This document shows positions 8,630-18,114 of a stretch of DNA of 52,623 nt, in pieces; positions within the stretch are counted from its first letter, which is position 1, and each line of letters starts with the position of its first letter. Source of the stretch: a virus (taxonomy: Duplodnaviria > Caudoviricetes); the IMG/VR virus record IMGVR_UViG_3300042923_001758, positions 1 through 52,623 of that record; one strand, given 5' to 3'. Both the position numbers and the translations under genes were made by a program. The notes beneath the pieces are model-generated. The model had not been told where the DNA came from. It was given only the letters and a program-made list of their open reading frames with translations, and ran no database searches.

Positions 8630-8824
8630 TTCGCACCTCAAATTATCTGTAGAATTTGATATACCTAAAGTATTCATTACAGTAAATATTATTGCCCTCT
8701 TACAATTATTATATTAAAAATCTTTAGTAAGCCTTACTCTATCCAACCCAATAGAATAGATACCATTCATACTTTAATTTGCTATTTCAGAATCTATTGC
8801 TATAAAATCAAATTCCATTAAGTT

Positions 8825-9316
8825 TTATGCAGCTTTTTTAATTATCCCTTTTTGCATGAGATAAACGATGCCTACAGCCACAGCATCGCTCTCGTCGTCG
8901 TTGGCGTAGTTCTGTTCCCCTACATAAGCATAGAGTTCGTCTGCTACTGCATCTTTGCTCGAAAATCCGTAGCCCGCGAGTATCTTTTTAATCGTTGTCG
9001 GTGGTATCTCCTCGACCGTAAGTCCCGTCTCTTTATGAGCGAGTAAGTCCGATATTCCTACGACTTTAAATAGTGTTTGTGTCGTTTGCGCGTACCTTGA
9101 AAAACCTTTCTCTCTCACAATCTCCGTAATAGGGTACGTCTTGAGTATCCGATTAAGCTCATCATATATAAAGGAAAGTCGCTCCCCGTGAGGAGCTTTT
9201 GACCTCTTTTTATTGTTAACGTGTGATTTGCAAACTAACTTTACTTTTCCTTTGTTGTCATACTCCAATACCGCAAAAGCGGGAGAGGACAGCGATAAGT
9301 CCATAGATAAAACCAT
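8825..9316 (-). CDS. ruvC: RuvC-like Holliday junction resolvase
   Basis: 'MDLSLSSPAF', 'VREKG', 'IPPTTIKK', 'DESDAVAV'; start moved to 9316 after AGGGGG RBS. Confidence 0.85.
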   Translation of the reverse strand: MVLSMDLSLSSPAFAVLEYDNKGKVKLVCKSHVNNKKRSKAPHGERLSFIYDELNRILKTYPITEIVREKGFSRYAQTTQTLFKVVGISDLLAHKETGLTVEEIPPTTIKKILAGYGFSSKDAVADELYAYVGEQNYANDDESDAVAVGIVYLMQKGIIKKAA

Positions 9317-9330
9317 CTTAACCCCCCTCT

Positions 9331-9531
9331 CTATTGATGTCTTTTGGCTTTTAATATCTGCTTGAGCGCCCACCTAAACAAAATAATTGCTAGAAAACAC
9401 GTCCCGAAACCTATAGCGTAACCAAACGCATGCAGTACCAACATTAACAAAAAAGGTACTATAACCGTAGGAAATAGATAAATAACAAGTAGTATTAAAA
9501 CTGCAATTACTGTAATCATAACGTTCCTCAT
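9331..9531 (-). CDS. Small membrane protein
   Basis: 66 aa, almost wholly hydrophobic; GAGGAGG RBS before ATG at 9531. Confidence 0.6.
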   Translation of the reverse strand: MRNVMITVIAVLILLVIYLFPTVIVPFLLMLVLHAFGYAIGFGTCFLAIILFRWALKQILKAKRHQ

Positions 9532-10448
9532 TATGCGATATCCTCCTCTTGTTTGCTGCATACCGTTTTATAAGGACAAAATAGGCATTTATCAAAATCT
9601 CCCGCAGGAGTTTCATTCTCTTTTACGGCCTTTGCAATCTTACTAAATTTGTTAAGCAGCGCATTTCTATCATCCTCTGTTACCTTAAGGTAAAATGTTC
9701 TAAAGTCGAGTTTTGCGTCTGCCCCTTTGTTCCAGTTATCTTTTGCTAATGACTCATACATGAGAATAAACTCGTCCATTCCAAATAGGATTGAATAGGC
9801 GACACATTGTTCTTTGTGGGAATCCTGTGCGTCTTTCATTTTAAAGTTTCCTACTGCTCCGATAGTGGTAGACTTTGTTTTAAACTCAAAGCCAACTTTA
9901 GAACCATCTTTCGTATACCATAGAACCCCGTCCATCATCCCCAGTAAAGCGAACTCTATCCCGTTATGCTTTAGCGTCTTGCAAGTTTGGAGGTTCTTTT
10001 CCCACGCTGGGAGACCGTTATTCATCCTTGCAACCTTAAAGCTCGGATCTTTTAAAAGATATTCTGCGTATAGTAAATCAGTCTGTACCGCCTCATGAAT
10101 TGCGCTCGCGTTTCTAGTCCAACGTCTTTGAAACGGGTACATAGTTTGTATATCTTGGGGGGCTTTAATTGCTTTATAATAGAGTTCTCTTTCACATTTA
10201 GAGGCACCCGATGGACTAAATCTAACCAACCCTTTTGGCACGTCAGCCCATACACCAATCTGTGAAACCTCATACTCTTTCTGTCTTAAAAGTAACTCCT
10301 CTATATTTTTTACAGGGTAATAGTCTATCTCGTGAAGTTGGCTAAAATGTTTATATATCGCTCCCGATAATTCAAAACCTCTAACGTCAATATCTCCTAA
10401 TACTTGAGCCTTGAGAGCTTTTGCCCCCTCTTTATTAACTAAACTCAT
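9531..10448 (-). CDS. PD-(D/E)XK Cas4-like exonuclease
   Basis: 'FSPSGASKCERELYY', 'GMMDG...EFKT', 'Q..AY', C-terminal 'CLFCPYKTVC'. Confidence 0.8.
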   Translation of the reverse strand: MSLVNKEGAKALKAQVLGDIDVRGFELSGAIYKHFSQLHEIDYYPVKNIEELLLRQKEYEVSQIGVWADVPKGLVRFSPSGASKCERELYYKAIKAPQDIQTMYPFQRRWTRNASAIHEAVQTDLLYAEYLLKDPSFKVARMNNGLPAWEKNLQTCKTLKHNGIEFALLGMMDGVLWYTKDGSKVGFEFKTKSTTIGAVGNFKMKDAQDSHKEQCVAYSILFGMDEFILMYESLAKDNWNKGADAKLDFRTFYLKVTEDDRNALLNKFSKIAKAVKENETPAGDFDKCLFCPYKTVCSKQEEDIA

Positions 10449-10486
10449 GATAATGTCTCCTCTCGGGTTCTGTTTTAAGTGTCAAT

Positions 10487-12784
10487 TTATGCTACAAGCT
10501 CGAACGCCCTACGTCCTGCTCCATTTTCTAACCATGTTCTTTTAGGAATACCCTCGCCCCATCTTATAGACACCTCAGTATCAACTTTATAAGGAACCTC
10601 AAGCGGGATAGTGTTCATCATTATGTGCTCGATTTCTGCTATCTCCTCCGCTGCTACAGTCTCGGGAACCTCTATCAAAATTTCATCGTGTACTGTAGCG
10701 AGTAGTTTCCACTCGTCACCCTTTTTCTCTAACCATTCACAAACGCCAATCATAGCGAGTTTCATAATGTCAGCGCTTGAACCCTGTATAACGGCGTTTA
10801 CACTCTGTCTTGCGACTCTGTTATAATCCTTTGCGATATCCCCATACTCACGCTTTAGCGCAAACGGTAGTTTAGTTTTCCATACCGAGCCCTCTAGCAC
10901 TTTGCCAAGTGCTTTTTCTACCTTTTCCGATACTGCCCTATACCTCTGTACCGTGTTTTTATGGCCTATAAATCTACGTTTACGCCCGTAAAGCGTTTCT
11001 ACATAACCAATATTGTCCGCCATTTTGTTAGTAGTGTCGATGAATTCTTTAACCTTTGGATAGGACTCGTAAAAGTCAGCGATAAATTCATCCGCCTCCT
11101 CTACAGTAATATCAAGCTGCCCTGCAAGGGTAAAGTTAGAGGTTCCATACATTACGGCGAGTAATCCTGTTTTCATCATCTTTCTATATTTGCTACCGTC
11201 TCCGCACTCCTCAATGGGCTTTTTAAATACCTTGCTCGCTAGGGTAGCATAAAGGTCTTTCCCGTCCTTGTACGGATAGCGGAGCTCCTCGTCTCCTGAT
11301 ATATGAGCAAGTACCCTCGGCTCAATCTGCGAGTAATCAATACCGATTATGAGTTTACCGTCAGGAGCTATGATAATCTTCCGAGCGTCATAAGGTAAGT
11401 TTTGGAGGTTCGGTTCACGACTTGCAAAGCGCCCCGTAACTGTTGCCGTTTGGTTAAATTGACCGTGGAGTCTGCGGTCTCTTTTGTGTACCTTTAACGG
11501 TAAAGGGTCTATATAGGTTGATAGAAGTTTGTTAAGCTCTCGATATTTGAGGAGAGTTGCTATTCCATTATGTTTTGTTTTAAGGATTTCTAGCGTGTCT
11601 GCGTCTACGCTCCTTTTATTGGATACGTCGGGGAGACCGAGCTCGTCGTAGAGCTTTTCTGCTAACTGCTGATTACTGTTAATATTGATACTCCCGAAAT
11701 AATAAAGGAGTTTAGACTCTAATTCTCTTACCTCTTTTGTTAACTTATCTCCGTAAGTTTTGGCGTAGTTTTGGTCTATCAAAAATCCGTTCTTTTCCAT
11801 TTCAATACATACGTTAGTTATCTTTTGCTCAATGTCAAAGTAGAGTCTTTTTAACTGCGGAACCCGATGCATCTGGTCGAGCTGCCATTTATAAAACTGA
11901 TAACATAGGTGTGTATCTTTACATGCGTAAATGTGCCCTATATCTAGCGGAGTTCCCTCAAACCCTCCGCGACCGAAAAGTTCTTCGTAAGTTGACGACT
12001 TATCATCAAAGCCGAAGTGCTTACCATATTTTGTGGCGAGCTTTTTAAGTGCGTAGCTCATTTCGTTCTCGTTAAGCAGCGTCATTCCGACCATAGTATC
12101 AAAGTGAATACCTCGAAGAATTACGCCATCATTACGCAGGATATGAGCGTCAAACTTTGCATTGTGGAGGATTTTTTTTAATCTCCTATTCTCAAGGTGA
12201 GACTTGATTTTCTTGAATACAAAACCTTTCGAGAGTTGCTTCTCTCCTGTTGTGTGTCCATAAGGGATATAACAATGCACATCTGCTTTTGGCAGCGTCA
12301 TGGACATTCCAACGGTGTAATCATTGTCGAAGTTAACACCTGTTGTTTCCGTATCGAAGCCGATTTCATCCTCATAATTTAATAGGTTAAGAATTTCGCA
12401 AAAATCCTGCTCCTCTACAATTAAGCGGTAGTTATCGGGCTTTTCTGCTATCATTTTCGCGATAGTTGCCTCTTTGCGTAACTCTCGGAGCGTAGCGTAT
12501 AGCTTTAGAGCATGAGTCTTTGTGAACTTATCAAGCGACTCGACATAGGTTCCCATTTCTCCTTTTTCTACCGCCTCTTTGACCGCGATCAATCTCTCAC
12601 TGTCTAGGTCTGATAGCTTAGTTTTTAAAATGGCTTTCTTTTCTGTTCCTGTATGGCTCTTGTAACCCTTTTCCCATATCTCGCCCCAAGTGGGAATATA
12701 CTTTGCAGCTTTCCTTTGTGCGTCTTTGACTCTTTGTTCTTTTTCCCTTTCGTCCTCCTGTGGCAAATTAATCTTAATTTCCAT
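10487..12784 (-). CDS. polA: Family A DNA polymerase with 3'-5' exonuclease
   Basis: 'DTETTG', 'HNAKFD', 'TGRFAS.EPNLQN', 'DYSQIEPR', 'YG', 'NAVIQGSSAD', 'VHDE'; start at 12784 after AAGGAG. Confidence 0.93.
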   Translation of the reverse strand: MEIKINLPQEDEREKEQRVKDAQRKAAKYIPTWGEIWEKGYKSHTGTEKKAILKTKLSDLDSERLIAVKEAVEKGEMGTYVESLDKFTKTHALKLYATLRELRKEATIAKMIAEKPDNYRLIVEEQDFCEILNLLNYEDEIGFDTETTGVNFDNDYTVGMSMTLPKADVHCYIPYGHTTGEKQLSKGFVFKKIKSHLENRRLKKILHNAKFDAHILRNDGVILRGIHFDTMVGMTLLNENEMSYALKKLATKYGKHFGFDDKSSTYEELFGRGGFEGTPLDIGHIYACKDTHLCYQFYKWQLDQMHRVPQLKRLYFDIEQKITNVCIEMEKNGFLIDQNYAKTYGDKLTKEVRELESKLLYYFGSININSNQQLAEKLYDELGLPDVSNKRSVDADTLEILKTKHNGIATLLKYRELNKLLSTYIDPLPLKVHKRDRRLHGQFNQTATVTGRFASREPNLQNLPYDARKIIIAPDGKLIIGIDYSQIEPRVLAHISGDEELRYPYKDGKDLYATLASKVFKKPIEECGDGSKYRKMMKTGLLAVMYGTSNFTLAGQLDITVEEADEFIADFYESYPKVKEFIDTTNKMADNIGYVETLYGRKRRFIGHKNTVQRYRAVSEKVEKALGKVLEGSVWKTKLPFALKREYGDIAKDYNRVARQSVNAVIQGSSADIMKLAMIGVCEWLEKKGDEWKLLATVHDEILIEVPETVAAEEIAEIEHIMMNTIPLEVPYKVDTEVSIRWGEGIPKRTWLENGAGRRAFELVA

Positions 12785-12800
12785 TGATTCAGCTCCTTTC

Positions 12801-12835
12801 AAGTATTTAGTAAAACTTGATAGGGTTTGTTACAT
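12801..12835 (-). promoter_or_regulatory. Phage-specific promoter copy 5 (polA operon)
   Basis: Minus strand ATGTAACAAACCCTATCAAGTTTTACTAAATACTT (16-nt spacer). Confidence 0.75.
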
Positions 12836-12940
12836 AAATTAAGAGAAAAAGTTTTAAATAAGCAAGCGCAAAAAAAATAGAGCCCTTTTTAAGAGCTCCT
12901 CAATACGTTATTTGTGATTTAAGTTATTACTATATAATAA

Positions 12941-13642
12941 TTAAATTACGCTGATATCCTCGTCCTCGGTATCAATCGGCGTTCCGTTATCCTCTGCTGC
13001 CGAGTCGCTAATCATTACATCAAAGAACTGTGCTACTGGAAAGCCCGCATCTTTTAAACTCTTTACTTGTCCCTCGTAGTCACGAGCTTGTAAAACTGCC
13101 TCATAGAATGAAACCTCTACCTCCTGACCATCGAACTTTTCAAAGCTCACTCTATCCTCGTCAGTTACCTTTTTCTCAGGAACTACTTTAAGAGAATAGG
13201 CCGTAGCTGTTTTTGTACCCTTACGACTGAATGTGAATACTGCCTCGCTAAAATCGTAGTCACTTGCGAGCTCCTCGATTTCTGCAATTAATGAGGTCGC
13301 TTGATTTTTTGATGCGTCGAATACCCTTAACTCTCCGCTCTTTAAATCCGAAAACGCGAATAAATAACGCTTTTTAGCATATATTCTCTCGAACTCCTCT
13401 ATTCCGCTTTTGCTTGCCTCACATAGAGCGCATTTCTTACCCTCGGGAGCAATACAAGGCTGCGTATAAATGCCGAGGTTAAAATCTCCGTGCGCCTTAT
13501 ACTCTACGTAATCCTCTGCTGATAATAGTCTCACTTTAATTGAGTCTCCATCCTTGAGTTTAAGGAACACGTTTTTAAGGTCAACCTTTTTTGTCTCTGC
13601 TGATTTTCTCGCATCCTTACCTTTTGCTGTAATAATTGACAT
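12941..13642 (-). CDS. Phage single-stranded DNA-binding protein (gp32-like)
   Basis: 'LKLKDGDSIKVRLL', H/C zinc ligands, 'RKGTKT.T.Y', acidic C-terminal tail. Confidence 0.7.
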   Translation of the reverse strand: MSIITAKGKDARKSAETKKVDLKNVFLKLKDGDSIKVRLLSAEDYVEYKAHGDFNLGIYTQPCIAPEGKKCALCEASKSGIEEFERIYAKKRYLFAFSDLKSGELRVFDASKNQATSLIAEIEELASDYDFSEAVFTFSRKGTKTATAYSLKVVPEKKVTDEDRVSFEKFDGQEVEVSFYEAVLQARDYEGQVKSLKDAGFPVAQFFDVMISDSAAEDNGTPIDTEDEDISVI

Positions 13643-13716
13643 ATTATCATTCTCCTTAAGTTATATTTAGGGTGTCTTTTAATGTCCTAACCTTTTTTGG
13701 ACTATATAGGCAGCGG

Positions 13717-14382
13717 TTATACCGCGAATCCCCTTTCGTTAAGGAACTTTGAAAACAAGTCTTTTGCTCTTGAAACTCTTGTTCTTACGGTTCCGTAGCT
13801 TTCTGTTACATCTACATAAATGCTCAAGTATGCCTCTTTTTTAGCTTCTTTATCGTTGCTGTGCGTAAAGGTAGCCACAACTACCTCATACTCTCTCGGA
13901 TACTCTTTTTTAAACTCCGCAAGGATTACGTTTAAGAGATTGCTTTTGAGCTCTCTTTCAATGTTTAATTCAACGTCGGAGGACTTGTCCTCTATTAAAT
14001 CACCCATAAAGCCGCCCTCCTCACCGTCAAGCTCAAGATAAAGAGATAAATAGCCGTTTGTTGGAGAGTGTTTCTTGCTGCCTTGCTTTCTTATGATGTT
14101 ATTAGTATCAAGTTTCGCTACGCCATAGTACCAATTATTAAAGTTGCCTTTGCCCGCTTCGTATGAGTCTATAGCTTTTAAGAGTGACTCGAAAGATATT
14201 ATGCTTTCGATCTCGAAAGTATCTATAGAAAAGGCTCTCTGTTTATGCGTTACAACCTCTCGTAATACTCCGAGTACAATAGGTCTTACAATATTTACTA
14301 TCTCTGTGAATACTGCGTCGCTCTTTGTTGCTTTAAAGTCCTCTACCATTTGGTTCAATTGGATAATTTTAATCGCTGTCAT
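13717..14382 (-). CDS. Phage-encoded sigma70-family factor (SigH/ComX/ECF-like)
   Basis: Region 2-like 'ESLLKAIDSYEAGKGNFNNWYYGVAK...IIRK' and region 4-like 'YGTVRTRVSRAK'; start 14382 after AAGGGGGA. Confidence 0.75.
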   Translation of the reverse strand: MTAIKIIQLNQMVEDFKATKSDAVFTEIVNIVRPIVLGVLREVVTHKQRAFSIDTFEIESIISFESLLKAIDSYEAGKGNFNNWYYGVAKLDTNNIIRKQGSKKHSPTNGYLSLYLELDGEEGGFMGDLIEDKSSDVELNIERELKSNLLNVILAEFKKEYPREYEVVVATFTHSNDKEAKKEAYLSIYVDVTESYGTVRTRVSRAKDLFSKFLNERGFAV

Positions 14383-14410
14383 AATTTTTAAATCCCCCTT
14401 TGATTTGCTC

Positions 14411-14445
14411 AAGTATTTAGTAAAGCGACCCCCTGTTTGTTACAT
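14411..14445 (-). promoter_or_regulatory. Phage-specific promoter copy 6 (sigma gene itself)
   Basis: Minus strand ATGTAACAAACAGGGGGTCGCTTTACTAAATACTT. Confidence 0.75.
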
Positions 14446-14501
14446 GGGTTTTGCTGTCACTTTTTGACATAACTAAATACAAGAGATTCAAAGGAAGGTA
14501 C

Positions 14502-14533
14502 AAAAAAAGCTCCTCAATCCGAAGATAAGGAGC
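14502..14533 (-). terminator. Intrinsic terminator between structured RNA and sigma gene
   Basis: Minus strand GCTCCTTATCTTCGGATTGAGGAGC followed by T7. Confidence 0.75.
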
Positions 14534-14950
14534 ATAGCGCTTTTGTTAATTCCTACCAAACAACTAGGAATTAAACTTAAAAAAATACCCGAATGAGTAG
14601 GTAGTCCCCGTTAAAAGACCGCTATTCGTTCAGGAGCGCCGTTTGTTGAATACTGGCATAGTTTTTCGATATTTCTATCGAATGAAATAGACATAAGTAC
14701 GGGGAATATTTTAAATCTTTTTTGCTCTGTACTTGATGTCTAATGCCGATTTTGTATTCTCCCTATTTGAAGTCTTATATTCAGTTATGTACTATAGGGA
14801 TTTAAAAATTTCGTCTGTGCTCTATATTGTTTTAGAACACGAAACGGCTTGACTTTATTAGGTTTTCTAAATAATATGTTGTATGATTTTCTTTTATACT
14901 CAAAAGCGTATCAATGAACGTTCTCTTATACTAACACATTTCTTTTATAC
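14502..14950 (-). ncRNA. Candidate large structured non-coding/leader RNA
   Basis: No ORF; nested helices, G-U pairs favouring the minus strand, two possible pseudoknots, 3' terminators (see findings). Confidence 0.55.
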
Positions 14951-15009
14951 GGACTATAGTATAATAGAATGTAATTTATACCATAATACGTTATACTCTT
15001 AAGCGTAAT
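14895..15009 (-). promoter_or_regulatory. Operator cluster (4 sites) over extended -10 sigmaA-type promoter(s)
   Basis: Sites at 14895-14912, 14946-14963, 14977-14994 and 14992-15009; minus-strand TGGTATAAA extended -10 near 14975-14983. Confidence 0.65.
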
Positions 15010-15076
15010 GCCTTTATAGTAAAAATGCTTTATTTCGCTAGAAATTCGGGCATAAAAAAAGAGGAGATTAGGCTCT

Positions 15077-16039
15077 TTAACAGCTTAATCTCCAAAGAAA
15101 ATGATGGATGGAACTTGTGTTTTTTACTACCTCTGATATCTGTTCGGGAGGGATTTCGTTTACGTCTTTATACTGGGGAGGAATTAAAAGCTCTTTAAGC
15201 TCCGCGACTCCTGCGAAACGCTCCGCTATCTGTCGTTTAAATTTCTGTCCTACTGTGTCGTTATCTGTTGCAATTACTAATTGCTCAATCGGTGAGTCGT
15301 AGATTAATTTGTGCTGCACGTCCGTGATATTTGCTCCCCCGAACGCTATCGCGGGTATCCCGTGAGACCAAAGATAAAGCGCGTCTATTTCTGCTTCGAC
15401 TACGTATACCTCATTGTAGTTTCCTCGGTAAATAAAGTTTAATCCGTAGACGTGACTTTTCAGTGCTTGCCCTCCGCTCATATACCAAAATCTTTTATCA
15501 CTCACGCTACGATATTTTATATTTATGACCTTTCCTTTAACGTCCATCCATGGTAGAGTTATCGCTTTCGATCCCCTGTCAAAACCTATTTTAAAAGCTT
15601 TTTGCACTTTTTCGGATATGCCTCTCCCTTCTAAATATCCATGTCTAAATTGATACTTCTTAAGCTCATCAAATGGTACTATGATTGGCTCTGGTTTATC
15701 TATCTCAATAGATAAAGTCAGTTTAAGTGCATCTGTATCCGCTAATATCTCTCCGTACTTTTCAACTAGATAATCCTCAACCTCCTCAAAGGATACATTC
15801 ATAAAGTAGGATAGCAGTCTTGTAAAATTACCCTTTTTCCAACGATCGTCCGTAGAGCCCGAGTCTATCCACATTCCATCCTCAAGATTAACCGCAAAAC
15901 TCGGACGACGCTCATCTCTAAATGGACTACAGGCGAGAAGTTTCCCACCTCTTTCTGATACTCTTTTAAGTGAGTCAACATATGGAGTGAGCTCCTCTAA
16001 ATAGTTAATGTCTAGCTCTTGTCCTTTTATCTTATACAT
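15077..16039 (-). CDS. dnaG: DNA primase (zinc-finger + TOPRIM)
   Basis: 'CSPFRDERRPSF', 'VVEAEIDAL', 'IATDNDTVG', 'KDVNE'. Confidence 0.88.
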   Translation of the reverse strand: MYKIKGQELDINYLEELTPYVDSLKRVSERGGKLLACSPFRDERRPSFAVNLEDGMWIDSGSTDDRWKKGNFTRLLSYFMNVSFEEVEDYLVEKYGEILADTDALKLTLSIEIDKPEPIIVPFDELKKYQFRHGYLEGRGISEKVQKAFKIGFDRGSKAITLPWMDVKGKVINIKYRSVSDKRFWYMSGGQALKSHVYGLNFIYRGNYNEVYVVEAEIDALYLWSHGIPAIAFGGANITDVQHKLIYDSPIEQLVIATDNDTVGQKFKRQIAERFAGVAELKELLIPPQYKDVNEIPPEQISEVVKNTSSIHHFLWRLSC

Positions 16040-17328
16040 TAGAAATACTCTACCTCCCCTACAGCCTTACTTGTAGCTCTACTTTCTAAAATGTATCCTC
16101 TATTAAAATCACAATGCATCTCTAATTGTTTTCCTACGTGTGGCTCTCTACATTTAGCAAGTAGCAGCGCCCCCACTCCGTCGTGTTGGTCGAAAGTTAA
16201 GACTGTAGACGCGTCCTGTATTACCGCAATCGTCTCGGAGTATTGGTCAATACGTGGGGGAGTAACAATTCTTACGCCTGTTTCGTCCTCTGCTCTATTT
16301 TCCTTTTCTGCGCTAGTTGGCGTTTGATGAATAACGAGCCCTGCGACCTTGTGTCTCCCAAAAATTTGACGCAGCATACGGGAAGTATTAGCCATGTTGT
16401 TTCGGTTTCCGTCAGTTCCCTTATGTGTCATAAGGTTAAACCCGTCGATAATAACCATCTTTACATTAGGATTTGCTTGTAAATCTGACTCAATAACGCC
16501 TACGGTTAAGCCCTGTGGTAAATCCTCCATACACTTCACTATATAAGGAAATTTCTCATTCTCTGCCTTAAACTCCCCAAGGTATTTAAAATATTCCTCC
16601 TCGTTATTAAGCGTACCTCTGCGGATTGCAACGTTGTTAAAATGCCCGTTCAGCGTGTCTAGCCTAAATATCTGCTGTGACTTTGATAACTCGGGTGAGT
16701 AGTGAAGTACCCCGAAGTTATTACGCCAAGCTTCGACCGCTATCTGTGAGCCTATCCATGACTTACCCCTGTTCGTGTAGGCTTGCAGGAGAATATAGTC
16801 CCCAATCTCAAAACCTCCTCCGAGCCATTCGGTTAAGCTCGGATAAGGAGTCGGTATATACTGTCCTGTTCGTATCTCTTTGCTCTCCTCGTACCATTCT
16901 CGGCGCTCCTGTCCGTTCGTTGCGTAGTTGGTTCCTGTAGAGCTCGACGCGTTCGCCACGTCTTTAATTCTTACTGACTCCTCCGCCAGCCAATTAATAA
17001 ATTCGGTTCCGTTTAGAGTCTCGAACTTCTGCCCCGCCTGTTTTTGTAATAATTCGTATGCTTGACGTTTCGCTGTATTGGCCTTTAAGCTCTTACAAAG
17101 ATAGGGGAATGTATCGAATACCTCGGGCATATAGTCAAAGTCCTTATACTCAGCTACTACAGTCCTATAGTCGGGAGTTTCTCCGTACTGTCTGATATAT
17201 TCATTGATGAACTTATAAGCTTCTTTAAGGCTATAGAAGTCGTTCTCCTGTACGTTGTGCTTATTGAGTACGTACCCGTTACGCTCCTCTAATACCTTTG
17301 ATAATAATTTCTTTTCAATCAAGCTCAT
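16039..17328 (-). CDS. dnaB: DnaB-like replicative helicase
   Basis: Walker A 'AYTNRGKS', 'SPEL', Walker B 'MVIIDG', 'KCR'. Confidence 0.85.
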   Translation of the reverse strand: MSLIEKKLLSKVLEERNGYVLNKHNVQENDFYSLKEAYKFINEYIRQYGETPDYRTVVAEYKDFDYMPEVFDTFPYLCKSLKANTAKRQAYELLQKQAGQKFETLNGTEFINWLAEESVRIKDVANASSSTGTNYATNGQERREWYEESKEIRTGQYIPTPYPSLTEWLGGGFEIGDYILLQAYTNRGKSWIGSQIAVEAWRNNFGVLHYSPELSKSQQIFRLDTLNGHFNNVAIRRGTLNNEEEYFKYLGEFKAENEKFPYIVKCMEDLPQGLTVGVIESDLQANPNVKMVIIDGFNLMTHKGTDGNRNNMANTSRMLRQIFGRHKVAGLVIHQTPTSAEKENRAEDETGVRIVTPPRIDQYSETIAVIQDASTVLTFDQHDGVGALLLAKCREPHVGKQLEMHCDFNRGYILESRATSKAVGEVEYF

Positions 17329-18098
17329 TAGAATAATCCTCCCTTTCTTTTGTCTGCTCCGACTAGCTCCACAGGCACCGCCATACCCTCTATACGGCTT
17401 GCTATTCTATCTCCTAACATGTCTACAAGTGCCTCTATAGTGATATTTGACGTGTATAAAGTTGTAAGCCCATTAGTTGCTCTCGTGTCAATTATCTCGT
17501 AAAGTTCGTTAAGATACGCCTCTGTACCACCCCTTACTGCGATATCATCGAGTATAAGCAGGTCTACGCTAGTCATAGATTTTTTGTATCTTGAAAACTT
17601 ATAGCTTGCTTTTTCCTTTACAGTAAAATCACCCTTAAATTGATCGTTGTAGATATTCTGATACTCGCTCGCTCTCATAAATAGCGCAGGATTAGAGTTT
17701 ATGCGGTTCTCCCCACTTACATGGAGTTTGACGCGCCATATTACAAACTCATTTAATAACGTAATTGCGGTTGTTGTCTTGCCAGTTCCTGTTCCGAACT
17801 TGTTCGCCTCTGTCGGTACTGAAAAGAGATAGAGTCCTACGTTTCTATCGAGAATAAACTCGCCCATGCTCTCGGCGTACTTCTTGATACGCTTATAAAC
17901 TTGCGGGTTATCTTTATCTATAGGAAGATTTTCGAGCCTACAATCGTCATACTTTTTCGGTACGTTCCTAGTGCGCCAAAATCCACCATCCCCGTTTAGT
18001 CCATGCATATAGGTGTAGTACGTACAAAGGGGATTGCAGCGCTCCTCATTCCCGTACTGCTTGCATTTAGAACTAAATATGCAATTATTTATAGACAT
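17328..18098 (-). CDS. DnaC/IstB-like helicase loader ATPase
   Basis: 'GTGTGKTT', 'LLILDDI', 'TLYTSN', 'RIASRI'. Confidence 0.88.
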   Translation of the reverse strand: MSINNCIFSSKCKQYGNEERCNPLCTYYTYMHGLNGDGGFWRTRNVPKKYDDCRLENLPIDKDNPQVYKRIKKYAESMGEFILDRNVGLYLFSVPTEANKFGTGTGKTTTAITLLNEFVIWRVKLHVSGENRINSNPALFMRASEYQNIYNDQFKGDFTVKEKASYKFSRYKKSMTSVDLLILDDIAVRGGTEAYLNELYEIIDTRATNGLTTLYTSNITIEALVDMLGDRIASRIEGMAVPVELVGADKRKGGLF

Positions 18099-18114
18099 TT
18101 TTTAATCCTCCCCT

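Noticed and set aside
7834-8677. Arbitrium-like peptide communication system
   Set aside because: No AimR/RRNPP TPR receptor gene in the window, and the secreted protein is much larger than AimP.
14502-14950. Group I/II intron, tRNA or known riboswitch
   Set aside because: It does not interrupt a gene, and I could not find the conserved core sequences or a cloverleaf by eye; an Rfam scan is still needed.
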